Positions 53,071 through 64,000 of a stretch of DNA of 64,000 nt are shown piece after piece; position 1 is the stretch's first letter; every line of letters starts with the position of its first letter. The stretch is from Antedon mediterranea (lineage: Eukaryota; Animalia; Echinodermata). Below the pieces are notes generated by a model. The model had not been told where the DNA came from, did not search any database, and worked only from the letters and a program-made list of their open reading frames with translations. A program made the translations under genes and the position numbers. Location of the stretch: NCBI RefSeq assembly GCF_964355755.1, contig NC_092673.1:11876948-11940947 (forward strand), read 5' to 3'.

Positions 53071-53241
53071 CGCACGTAGGAGGTTGGCCGGACCATTGGT
53101 TACCTGGTAAGCAGAGTAAGCTTGATGGGCCACTAAGGTAGTATCCTGCATTACATTCGTATATTACCATATCCCATGTGTTAAAACTTACTCCAGTTAT
53201 TTTCCCATCTACAATGCTACCAGGATCGCCACAATAGTTTT
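53071..53241 (-). CDS. Exon Q: CCP 16
   Basis: NYCGDPGSIVDGKITGVSFNTWDMVIYECNAGYYLSGPSSLLCLPGNQWSGQPPTC; 171 nt. Confidence 0.88.
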
Positions 53242-54886
53242 CTACATAATAATGAAAATCAGTTTTAATTTTTTTGAATCATTATTTTTGATATATTTTG
53301 ATAATTTGGACAAATTTAAGGAAAAGAATATTTGAAATTCCATGAGGTATATAAAACGTTCAATACTCGGAAGTATCAATAAGCCAAATTGATCTTCATT
53401 TCCCATTTTCAAACAGCGAAATAACGGAGAATATCTTTAACTGCAATCGGACAATTCTGCTATATGAACGATCGTCTCTTTTCACTCGCCGGCAACAGTG
53501 CATTTTTTGTTTATCTTTTCTTCCTGTTTCCCCTGTTATTGTGCATGCAGTGAAGATAATTACTTTTTCGTCATTTTATGTACCCCTAAGATTTTATGCC
53601 TGCCTTTTCCGCTTTTCGTGCTAATTTCTTAAACTATATCTACCAATTTAGAACTTTTCCCTTAACGATCTCATAGCCGATTCCACATTCTCTTTATCGT
53701 CTCGTGCACATCGTCTTCAGTCACATTAAGACATCAATACTTCTAAGGGCAACTTGATATACATCTCCATAAACGCAGTAGATTCCTTTTTTGAAGCAGT
53801 ATGGCAACTTCTCTTTTGCTTTACTTACTTTATGTTTCAGTCTCTCAGTCTCTTTCCTCTCCTCTTTGCATGCTTTCGATGAATACCTCGGTAAAACGGT
53901 ACTTTCTCTGCTGATTTAACTTAGGTGAGAACATGAAAATCAAGTGTTTTGTATAACATTGCGATGCGAAATCAGTGGTATTCATGTCCCAGCGGAGATA
54001 GGCCTATGTTGATGCAATGTAGCTATTTCGTTGCTCAAGAGATTCATTATTATGCACGCGTCTGGTCTTAACTTTTTTTTCAGTTTAGGCCTATATTCAA
54101 CTCATACATAAATTCAGTCATTGGTATTTATAAATCGTCTATACCCCTTCCTCCTCTTCTTGCTCTTCTTTGTCTTGTAGCTTCTTCCAGAATTTAACTT
54201 TCAGTTATCAATGACAATAATCAAAAATTGCTTACAATAATTTTTCAATCGTTTTTCTAGCACACGGTATAATAATTAAATTGCCATTTTTGTAGACACA
54301 TGATCGAAAATGCTTTGTAACTCTCAAAAATTTGTTTGTTTGTAAATCATGTTTTGTCAATTGGCCGGCCATCAACGCTTCTAAGATGTCGCAAAATGTT
54401 TTATTGTCAGTTTTTGTTACATTAAGTGAATGCAATGTAATCTTAATCTAAATGCAAATTATGTGATTTTCTGAACTTCCTTATAACCGTATTGATCTTT
54501 TTCTATAATTTATCTTACAGCGGAGCAATTGGTGCTAAATTCGGAGAAATTGTCAGTAGAGCATCGCATCGATGAATTATAGCATATTCATATATAGCAG
54601 AGAAAGTGTCGGCGGAGCAATTTTTATAACAAAGGTTTTGTAAGTAAACTTTTATTCAATTAATATTTAAATCAATGCCACACGATACGAGGTCAACCGA
54701 TCTAATTGTATGGATATACATAGTTGATAACCAACTATTATTTTATTATATTGCTAAAATCCTGCCTGATCAGTTAATAATAACACAATAAAGCAATGAT
54801 TCCATTGCCTACTAATGCACGGAATAGGGATTACTGATTAACGTGTATAAATAGAAATTCATTAAATATTGCCTTTTCGGCTTTAC

Positions 54887-55066
54887 CTATAGGACTGCAA
54901 GATACATCTCTACCACTCCATTCACCGGATCCAGTGCAAACACGTCGTCTGCTACCTCTCAGTCTATATCCTTCATTACAAGAAAATGTTAATGATTGCG
55001 TCCTGTAGTATTTATCTCCAGTTACTAAACCATTCACTGGGGCGTTTAAAACTGGACAGTTTATAT
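54887..55066 (-). CDS. Exon P: CCP 15
   Basis: INCPVLNAPVNGLVTGDKYYRTQSLTFSCNEGYRLRGSRRRVCTGSGEWSGRDVSCSPI; 180 nt. Confidence 0.88.
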
Positions 55067-55775
55067 CTGCATGATAATCAAAATAATAACTGATTAAAAC
55101 CATACTACCATACTACCATACTACCATACTACTACAATAAACATTAAAGAAAACATAATAATAAATCAATAAAGACATTTATATACACTATACTGAGTAA
55201 CTGTGACGTCAACGAAACGTGAATTTGACATTTCTGTTGCGTAAAATCGACGTAGGCAGAAACTGTGTCGTGAAATTATTTAATTTTTCCTGATCTTACT
55301 AAGGGAACATTAATTGGTTATTTGAGGTGGTGTAAAAATTGAACTAAATTTGAAAACTGCCCTGGAGTTGGAGGGATTACTACCTATGGCGAGTATCTTG
55401 TCTAGTAGGGGCCTACACCAATTGCATAACTGTATCTTTCTTCTTTTGAACATGCTATCCTACTACATTATTATTCCACCTTGATACATTAGTTGTTAAA
55501 TCAATGGCCATTTATCAATCCTTCAAATGGAATGTTTCACTTATGTAATACAGGCTTTCTTATAGGCTTACCGGGAAAGAGTGAATTTATAGTTTTTATT
55601 ACTGGTTTTATAGAAACAATCCTATTAGGCCTATTTTTAATTAACCACGTCGTTTAAATGCGGAATGTATTGTTAAACATTAATTGTTTAGCGATTTATC
55701 TTAACACAGAACATATACATATATACATAGATAACGGATATTCAATAAACTCCATAATGAAAAACAATTACTTAC

Positions 55776-55994
55776 AACATTTAGGATTTTCAGAATGTGA
55801 CCAGCTTCCATTTACGCATGTGCTTGTTTGTTCTGTTATTAAAGTATGTGTATATGGATCGGCACATTGGAAGTCGATGTGCGTATCATGTTCTAGTGTG
55901 CGCTGTTCATTCCTATCCACAACTGAACCCGATGTTGTGATGACAACTGGTTGATTTCCTACGCCCGGGACAACACATGGCCACTTACTATTGT
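55776..55994 (-). CDS. Exon O: long CCP 14
   Basis: NSKWPCVVPGV...EHDTHIDFQCADPYTHTL...CVNGSWSHSENPKC; 219 nt. Confidence 0.85.
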
Positions 55995-56669
55995 CTATAT
56001 GTTATAGAATCATTATATATAATAGATTATCATAGTCCTAATTATCTAAAAGAGAAGTTTGTAATGGGTAGAACATTTACTGAGGGTACGACAGATACTA
56101 GCAAAATGTTGTAAGTAGAAACAATGGCTTCAAGATATTCTTTAAAAATGCAATTGTGGATCGAAGTGTCGAATTGTACTTTTCTCAAAATGTACTTTTA
56201 TATGATAATATGACTTAATTTTACGTTTTTGGTGTTTTTATTCAACGTTGGATTTATTTTTATTTTTGTGGAGTCACCAGCTGATGGTAACGTATATATA
56301 TCTAAACAAGTTTTAGAGCAGAATTTTTTCGAATTTTATATTTAACCATTTTAAGAGAATTTAATGTTTTTTTATTGTCATTTCTATGTGTTTAAATCTA
56401 TGTCCAAATGTTGAATCTAAAATTCATGTCTGTAAAAAGCAACACTTTGTTTACGGTGACTTTTAGTTTTAGTTAATAAAACCATGGATTAATGAATAAA
56501 ACATATATAGGCCTACTATTTTCAACCCAATTATTTGGAATAAATTATATTTTTACATAAAAAAAATTAGTTTGGTTCCCTTATATAAATCTTTCAACAT
56601 TAAAATTAGAATTGTAACAGGACGTGGGCCTAATAATTAAAATATTAAACACGTTTGTGTTCATCTTAC

Positions 56670-56843
56670 CCATGCAGTAAGTTTCGGTTCCTGTCCATTC
56701 ACCAGTTGAGTTGCATCTTCTACGCCGGCTTCCTTTTAAGTTAAAACCATCGTCACATGTGATTTCTACCCATTGGTTCCGGTAGAATTTGTCGCCAACT
56801 ATATTCCCATTTTCAGGAGCAGAAATTTCTGGACATCGAATTA
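56670..56843 (-). CDS. Exon N: CCP 13
   Basis: IRCPEISAPENGNIVGDKFYRNQWVEITCDDGFNLKGSRRRRCNSTGEWTGTETYCM; near-copy of exon L. Confidence 0.88.
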
Positions 56844-57323
56844 CTAATTAATCAATCAAAATATTAAATTAAAATAAATGTATTTTTAAAATAGACATAT
56901 TTAATAAAAGAAATAATGCAAGTGTTATGCAACATATTATTATAGATGACATTATATGGTAGTTAAACTTACAGACTATTATACTAATTACTTTGGTAAT
57001 ACTGTATATGTTTTACTCTAAACTAAATTACTCTCATTACATTTATTTATTTCTAGGTCACCAGATACAAATGGGACATTACAGTTTTCACATTTAAATT
57101 AAACGTGGAGAAGAATTGTATACAATTGTATGAATAACATGTTGTAGATGCAAAGCTTACAAAAACAATCAGACAATATTAGAGGCCCTAATATTTAAGT
57201 TACATTGACTTAGCAAGCGCCGGAATGAAATTGATTAAGTTGATGACATACGTTACTTAGCACTCCATATTATTTTTGTATACGAATTACTCATATTAAA
57301 ACATTAGACCAATTTATTCTCAC

Positions 57324-57542
57324 CACATCTTGGATTTGAAGTAACTGACCATTCACCATTGTCACATTCGCTTACTGGTTCTGATGTTAGAATATACTCT
57401 TCAGGGTTAACGCATCTAAATGCTAAAAGAGTGCCATGTTCTGCCCTTCTTTGTATACTCGGATCGATTATACCACCACTGCTCGTATAAATAAGAACTG
57501 GTGTTTGTGGTAATGGAATTATACACGGTGAAGCATTGGAAT
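57324..57542 (-). CDS. Exon M: long CCP 12
   Basis: SNASPCIIPLPQT...EHGTLLAFRCVNPEEYIL...CDNGEWSVTSNPRC; 219 nt. Confidence 0.85.
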
Positions 57543-57948
57543 CTATGAGAAAGACACAACCATTTATTTAATTAGTACATACATAGCAACGTTTATAGCT
57601 GGCGTTTATAATGTCGTTTTCAGTCATTGTTGAAGAAGTAGAAAACGATGTGCAGATTATAAACGTTTTAGATGTTACCGTTGTTTTGTTTTCTATGACG
57701 TTATAAATCATGAGTCAGGTATTAGTAAGGAAAAATGTTAAACCACAATGGCCAGCACAATCATAGCTGACAAACGCCCATTGTCTTTATTGTACAGCAC
57801 TAATATTATTCAGAAGCAGCCGTAGGCTAACTTATTCTAATTGCTGATAGTAAAATAATTATGTAATATGTTCAAATATATTTTCTTTTCGTAAACTGGT
57901 ATTAATCTCAAACATATATTTTGGAGAAAGTTTCTTGTTCATCATTAC

Positions 57949-58122
57949 CCATGCAGTAAGTTTCGGTTCCTGTCCATTCACCAGTTGAGTTGCATCTTCT
58001 ACGTCGGCTTCCCTTTAAGTTAAAACCTTCATCACATGTGAATTCTACCCATTGATTCCTGTAGAATTTGTCTCCAACTATATTCCCATTTTCAAGAGCA
58101 GATATTTCTGGACACCGAATGA
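57949..58122 (-). CDS. Exon L: CCP 11
   Basis: IRCPEISALENGNIVGDKFYRNQWVEFTCDEGFNLKGSRRRRCNSTGEWTGTETYCM; 174 nt. Confidence 0.88.
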
Positions 58123-58298
58123 CTAATCACAAATTATACAATGTTATAAGTCTGTAATGGTTTATATATTGAATATAATTATAAAACAAAAACAACGTTA
58201 GTTAAAGGATATCCATTAAAGTTAGCCTGATGGTAGAATTTAGTAGACTAAAAGTGGGCCTAATAATAGTAATTGTTATTGAAGATGTAACCACTCAC

Positions 58299-58514
58299 CA
58301 CATCGAGGGCTGGAGGTATGCGACCAAACAGCATTAGTGCAAACGCTTTCTGATTCAGATATTAGAATGTATGTTTGAGGATCACCACATCTGAACTCTA
58401 GACGTCTTCCATGTTCAACCTGACGTATTACAAATGGGTCAATAATATCACCACCACTCAAGATGATGACGTCTGTCTGTGGTCTTGGTACTACACACGG
58501 AGATTGATTTGAAT
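58299..58514 (-). CDS. Exon K: long CCP 10
   Basis: SNQSPCVVPRPQT...EHGRRLEFRCGDPQTYIL...CTNAVWSHTSSPRC; 216 nt. Confidence 0.85.
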
Positions 58515-59601
58515 CTATACAAAAGCAAATGTATTAGTTTAAATAACAAAATAACAATAGTAGGTTCATAGTTATGATTATTACTACCAGTAGCAGGATA
58601 CAAATAATACGATATTTATGTATTTAGTTAGTTCTGCATCTGCAGGCATTTATTGGTTGAAAGAAAAACAAAGTTTAATTGCAGTAAGTAAGTATTAATT
58701 ATGCTTAATAATAATAGAGTATGACCTGTATATTTTCGTTGACATATAATTATTGTAATGAATGTAGGATGTGACTAAATCGTAGTGATCGCTCAATTCG
58801 TTTGTACAAGAATTAAATTATTCGAGTTACATTTTTTGTGACGAAATTGGTATCTACAGAGTACAGTTAGCTTTGAATTGCCTAAGTATGTCACTGAAAC
58901 ATTTCTACTAAATTTTACCGTTTGCTTTGAAAGATGTCTAAGCCGAAAAAGTTGCACATAGAGAGCTCAATGGAAAGGCAAAATCTAATCTACCAAGACT
59001 AATTTTAGATAAAATAGACGCAAAATTGTGTGAAATGGAGCGGGAACGATGAATCTTTATGAAGCTCCCAATAAACAGATTTTTTCTTCAAACTTCCAAA
59101 AGGACATGTCTTGATTGATGGAATGAATATATGTTTGAGCCACAGTCAATTATTACTTGGTAACTAATGACCAGTTTTTAGGGAAATCTTTATGTACGTA
59201 TTCAACAAAAATCAAGAATTGTACAAATTGTCTACCAATAGTATATAGTTTGATTGCTATGTCTCATTTTTATGAAAATGTTTTCCTGTTCCTTATTTCA
59301 ACATTCAATTTAAAACATCAGCAGCCGATTTTCCATATGGATTTATATATACAGTATATATATAATGAATGTAGGCCTACAAATTGGCATCATTATGATG
59401 TACACGTGTAACTGATCGCAAGGAAAAAATCCTGCAAAGAAATTTGTTTGGATGAGGCAATGGATAGAACAGCGACAATAGCATGGTCCGTAATAATAAT
59501 AAGTAGAGGACATAGAAAAGCAATACAACAATGTTAGAGTACACCCACAGACAAATTATCAGACAAATACATATTGTCTTATTTTGTTAACCAATACCTA
59601 C

Positions 59602-59778
59602 GAATAATACAAATAGTTAGTTCTCCAGACCACTGTCCATCTTGTTGACAAGTTCTCTGTCTACTGCCTTGAAGGTTGTATCCAGTGTTACAATCAAACT
59701 CTATGACGTCATTATATGAAGATCCCTGAGTAACAATAACGCCATGCATCGGAGGATCAAGTACTGGACACATAACAG
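59602..59778 (-). CDS. Exon J: CCP 9 (tandem array copy 7)
   Basis: VMCPVLDPPMHG...LTICII; 177 nt; donor gtaggt. Confidence 0.82.
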
Positions 59779-59880
59779 CTGTTAAAAGTAACCAGAACGT
59801 CATAGCAATATTACTGTACATTCACATTCTGTATCCTTTAGTTTTTCTACACAAGTAGTCTATTTAGAAGCCATACTCAC

Positions 59881-60054
59881 GGTTACAAGTAGTTAGTTCT
59901 CCAGACCACTGTCCATCTTGTTGACAAGTTCTCTGTCTACTGCCTTGAAGGTTGTATCCAGTGTTACAATCAAACTCTATGACGTCGTTATATGAAGATC
60001 CCTGAGTAACAATAACGCCATGCATCGGAGGATCAAGTACTGGACACATAACAG
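59881..60054 (-). CDS. Exon I: CCP 8 (tandem array copy 6)
   Basis: VMCPVLDPPMHG...TTCN; 174 nt. Confidence 0.85.
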
Positions 60055-60157
60055 CTGTTTAAAAGTAACCAGAACGTCATGGTAACATTACTGTACATTC
60101 ACATTCTGTATCCTTTGGTTTTTCTACACAAGTAGTCTATTTAGAAGCCATACTCAC

Positions 60158-60331
60158 GGTTACAAGTAGTTAGTTCTCCAGACCACTGTCCATCTTGTTG
60201 ACAAGTTCTCTGTCTGCTGCCTTGAAGGTTGTATCCAGTGTTACAATCAAACTCTATGACGTCATTGTATAAAGATCCCTGAGTAACAATAACGCCATGC
60301 ATTGGAGGATCCAGTACTGGACACGTGACAG
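60158..60331 (-). CDS. Exon H: CCP 7 (tandem array copy 5)
   Basis: VTCPVLDPPMHGVIVTQGSLYND...TTCN; 174 nt; not listed in the ORF track but open. Confidence 0.85.
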
Positions 60332-60438
60332 CTGTAAATTATACAGAAAACGTGATAACAGTACACAGTAACTGAAGATTCACATTCTGTATCCTTTGGT
60401 TTTTCTACACAAGTAGTCTATCTAGAAGCCATACTCAC

Positions 60439-60612
60439 GGTTACAAGTAGTTAGTTCTCCAGACCACTGTCCATCTTGTTGACAGGTTCTCTGTCTACTG
60501 CCTTGAAGGTTGTATCCAGTGTTACAATCAAACTCTATGACGTCATTATATGAAGATCCCTGAGTAACAATAACGCCATGCATCGGAGGATCAAGTACTG
60601 GACACATAACAG
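60439..60612 (-). CDS. Exon G: CCP 6 (tandem array copy 4)
   Basis: VMCPVLDPPMHG...TTCN; 174 nt. Confidence 0.85.
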
Positions 60613-60714
60613 CTGTTAAAAGTAACCAGAACGTCATGGCAATATTACTGTACATTCACATTCTGTATCCTTTGGTTTTTCTACACAAGTAGTCTATTTA
60701 GAAGCCATACTCAC

Positions 60715-60888
60715 GGTTACAAGTAGTTAGTTCTCCAGACCACTGTCCATCTTGTTGACAAGTTCTCTGTCTGCTGCCTTGAAGGTTGTATCCAGTGTTA
60801 CAATCAAACTCTATGACGTCATTGTATGAAGATCCCTGAGTAACAATAACGCCATGCATTGGAGGATCCAGTACTGGACACGTGACAG
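60715..60888 (-). CDS. Exon F: CCP 5 (tandem array copy 3)
   Basis: VTCPVLDPPMHG...TTCN; 174 nt; not listed in the ORF track but open. Confidence 0.85.
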
Positions 60889-60995
60889 CTGTAAATTATA
60901 CAGAAAACGTGATAACAGTACACAGTAACTGAAGATTCACACTTTTTATCATTTAGTTGTTCTATAGAGGTAGTCTGTTTAGAAGTCATACTCAC

Positions 60996-61169
60996 GGTTA
61001 CAAGTAGTTAGTTCTCCAGACCACTGTCCATCTTGTTGACAAGTTCTCTGTCTGCTGCCTTGAAGGTTGTATCCAGTGTTACAATCAAACTCTATGACGT
61101 CATTATATGAAGATCCCTGAGTAACAATAACGCCATACATTGGAGGATCAAGTACTGGACACATAACAG
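60996..61169 (-). CDS. Exon E: CCP 4 (tandem array copy 2)
   Basis: VMCPVLDPPMYG...TTCN; 174 nt; acag / gtgagt. Confidence 0.85.
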
Positions 61170-61271
61170 CTGTTAAAAGTAACCAGAACGTCATGGTAAC
61201 ATTACTGTACATTCACATTCTGTATCCTTTGGTTTTTCTACACAAGTAGTCTATTTAGAAACCATACTCAC

Positions 61272-61445
61272 GGTTACAAGTAGTTAGTTCTCCAGACCAC
61301 TGTCCATCTTGTTGACAAGTTCTCTGTCTGCTGCCTTGAAGGTTGTATCCAGTGTTACAATCAAACTCTATGACGTCATTGTATAAAAATCCATGAGTAA
61401 GAATAACGCCATTTATTGGAGAATCTAGAACAGGACACGTGATAG
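61272..61445 (-). CDS. Exon D: CCP 3 (tandem array copy 1)
   Basis: ITCPVLDSPINGVILTHGFLYNDVIEFDCNTGYNLQGSRQRTCQQDGQWSGELTTCN; 174 nt. Confidence 0.88.
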
Positions 61446-62673
61446 CTGTAAATAGAAACAGAACGTCGATACAAATAATCATTTACTTTTATTTTTAACT
61501 TTTAACTCAAAAGAATACTTAAATATATAAAGATATACCTAAGATAGTAATGTTGTCTTATGAAAGACAATGGGTGAAGTCACTAGTTTGACTATCAAGT
61601 ACTAAGCATATAACTTGAATTCTGCTGGATTTAGACAAAAAAATACCCTATTTTGGAATCTAATTGCAAAAAATTTAGTTATTAGAAATGAGTTTTTGGA
61701 CCATAAGCAACCATTATCGACGTTTGAAACTGAATGAATGAAATCTACACTAATAAATCATTTGATACTTAGTGTTCTAGTATGGTTTTTACTTTACTAG
61801 TTTTATTTACTGGTGGTATATGAGTTACTGTTTATTTTATTTTGTGATGTTCTAATGGCAATTGTAAACCTACCTGTATATTTTTATATAACTTCTGTCT
61901 ATTTTTTAAATGCTTTAACTTTTTATATATGTAAAATACTCAAAATAAGAAAAACAAAAAAAAACTATAGATTATTGTAACAATTGTAAAGAATGAAATA
62001 AAAGTCAGTGAATCTCACAAAAGACAAAAAAAAATAAATCATTTGATTCAACAATGTGAATGAATGTGGTATTTCTTATTGGGTATCACGTCAACGAATT
62101 GTTAGTGAAATACTATACTATATAGGGCTTTAATTGTTCATATACTATTTATCTAAATTAATAGTTTAATGCAAAGTTTCTGACGTGTTGTGTTTGTGTG
62201 TCTATGCTCATACAAAACAAATTGTTGAAATCTAAATAGTCGAAAATCGTAAATTGTATTCATTTCATTCTCACAGATGTTTAGTCTAAGGCTGTGTTTA
62301 TATATTATTATGATTTTGTATCAGTCTATAGTATTGTAAAGTAGTCCTGTTCATGCTTTTTATATTTATGACTCGGATTTTCCGTTTACACAATTTTGTA
62401 ATAATTTGGTTGCAGCTACAGACTGTACAGATTAGTGTACTCATAGTGTAATAATATAGTGTCTTTTTTCTCAAACTAAATTTTAACACACATATTTATG
62501 AATATTAAAAAACTGTTTTGTATTTTGAGTGTATGGTCAGTATAGTATATAATAGATTGAGACTACAAAACAAAAAATAAGGGGAAAATAGGGTAAAAAA
62601 ATCCAAGTTCAATTCCAAAAATTTCATTTTAGATTATCTCACTCTTCCTATCAAAATAGCAATATTTGCTTAC

Positions 62674-62895
62674 CACAAAACGGTTCCTGTCCTGACCATT
62701 GTCCCTCGGTACAGATTCGCTTATTTTCAGTTGTAAGATGTAATTGCGTTTCATTAGCACATACTATTTGAAGCTCGTAGCCTTCCTGAAAGACGTGCTG
62801 TTGTGATGCGGTAAGTGGGACATCCCCTATTAGTAGAATTACGACGTCGTTTACCTCATTAGGTCTACTGCAGCTTATTTCTCTGTCAATAAGTA
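62674..62895 (-). CDS. Exon C: long CCP 2
   Basis: VLIDREISCSRP...VCANET...ICTEGQWSGQEPFC; 222 nt, phase 1-1. Confidence 0.8.
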
Positions 62896-63067
62896 CTATA
62901 TGAAAAGGAAAAATATACAATTGTGTTCTAAAAAAATGCCATCAATTTACTATCGAGTGAATTAGAACGCACAGTGCCTACAATCAAATAAAATTAAACA
63001 TACCACCAATTGTTTTGTATTATGATACATGTTATGAAGTAGTCATAGATTCAATCTATTTACTTAC

Positions 63068-63331
63068 CACAATTAGGGAATGGTGAGCGCGACCAATCTC
63101 CATCCACACATACACTTTCTCGAACTATTTCTCCTAAACCATCTCCCAACACGTGATCAGGATCACATACAAGCTCTATATGATAACCGTGATCAATTAA
63201 GGTACCAGGATAAAGTGGAATTGTGCTTGCCTGATTAAACTCGTAAAATGAACCATTGTCGAGGTTCGGTATTATACAACTTCTTGGTACTTCAGGCATT
63301 GTGGAAGTTACTGGAGCCAGTGTCGTTGTTT
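63068..63331 (-). CDS. Exon B: Thr-rich linker + long CCP 1
   Basis: ETTTLAPVTSTMPEVPRSCIIP...VCDPDH...CVDGDWSRSPFPNC; 264 nt, phase 1-1. Confidence 0.85.
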
Positions 63332-63697
63332 CTAAAAAAATAGAAAACGGACTCTTAATGATGACAAGCTAAATTAATTACAAGAATTGTTATTACTTGA
63401 ATAGGCTATTCCGTGTCTATGTTCAATTCTCCTTCATAATTATGTACGCGTATGAAACGCTGCTACACAAGTTTTTGACGATTCTATTTTTGACGTGATA
63501 TCTTCATTCATCACATGTACTCCATCGTCATAGTTTTCAGTTGTCGTGAGCGTTGGGCAATTAGTCGATGCAATTTAGTTGATGTAATTTACCCGATATT
63601 TATCACATCAAAAAATCGGACAAAATTTGGCGTCGATTCAATATTCATTAATAAAGTAAAACATTGAATAGTCTAAAACTTTCTATAACGTTCTTAC

Positions 63698-63836
63698 CAA
63701 AAAACATTTGCTTGATTGATTGCAACCATTCATGATGTCGATATATTCGTACATAAACCCCTGGAATTCCATCTCGAGCACATCCAACTCCCCAGCTAAC
63801 AAGGCCAACTAACTTCCATTCACCGGTTTCATAATC
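63698..63836 (-). CDS. Exon A: C-terminal part of an S1A trypsin-like serine protease domain
   Basis: DYETGEWKLVGLVSWGVGCARDGIPGVYVRIYRHHEWLQSIKQMFF; ttacag / gtaag; phase 0 to 1, no stop. Confidence 0.9.
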
Positions 63837-64000
63837 CTGTAACAACATTTCTTGATTGTTTCTATGTAATATATGCTATTCATTGCGGTAACTTTAACAA
63901 TAGTTAGCATGGAAGTACTGTACTGATTTGTTAACGATATCATCGAACATACATCAATTTTGATCACGATCATGTCACAGAATGGTTACAAAAATAGAAA

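Larger units (their letters stand above)
52447..63836 (-). other. Partial gene model (5' end outside window): trypsin-like serine protease domain followed by at least 17 Sushi/CCP modules
   Basis: 18 exons with GT-AG boundaries join in one frame. The protease exon ends in phase 1 and every CCP exon is phase 1-1 with the C..C..C..W..C pattern. Confidence 0.8.

Noticed and set aside
58780-59200. Possible MULE transposase remnant (HRELNGKAKSNLPRL)
   Set aside because: Vague similarity, multiple stops, no termini found.

Overview
AT-rich animal genomic DNA with GT-AG spliceosomal introns. It is probably a marine deuterostome invertebrate such as an echinoderm; this is inferred from gene content, TE families and the abundant TAGGCCTA motif. 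Three host genes lie on the minus strand. (1) The 5' part of an Lmx1-class LIM-homeobox gene (exons 9731-9802 and 8372-8561; I found no further exons, so they probably lie left of the window). (2) A complete 9-exon WDR38 orthologue (33474 to 20509, 322 aa reconstructed by hand) whose introns are packed with nested non-autonomous DNA transposons. (3) The 3' part of an unusual mosaic protein: the C-terminal end of a trypsin-like serine protease domain followed by at least 17 Sushi/CCP exons, seven of them near-identical tandem exon+intron copies (59602-61445). Between genes 2 and 3 is a cluster of decayed mobile elements (about 35.1-48.7 kb): an L1/Tx1-like LINE, a CR1-group LINE with a 2A-like DVEPNPGP motif split by an Academ-like long-TIR element carrying a 30-bp minisatellite, a Penelope element, and an RTE LINE interrupted by an internally deleted CR1-like derivative. 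All exon boundaries and TE calls were read manually and family names come from recalled motifs, not database searches.
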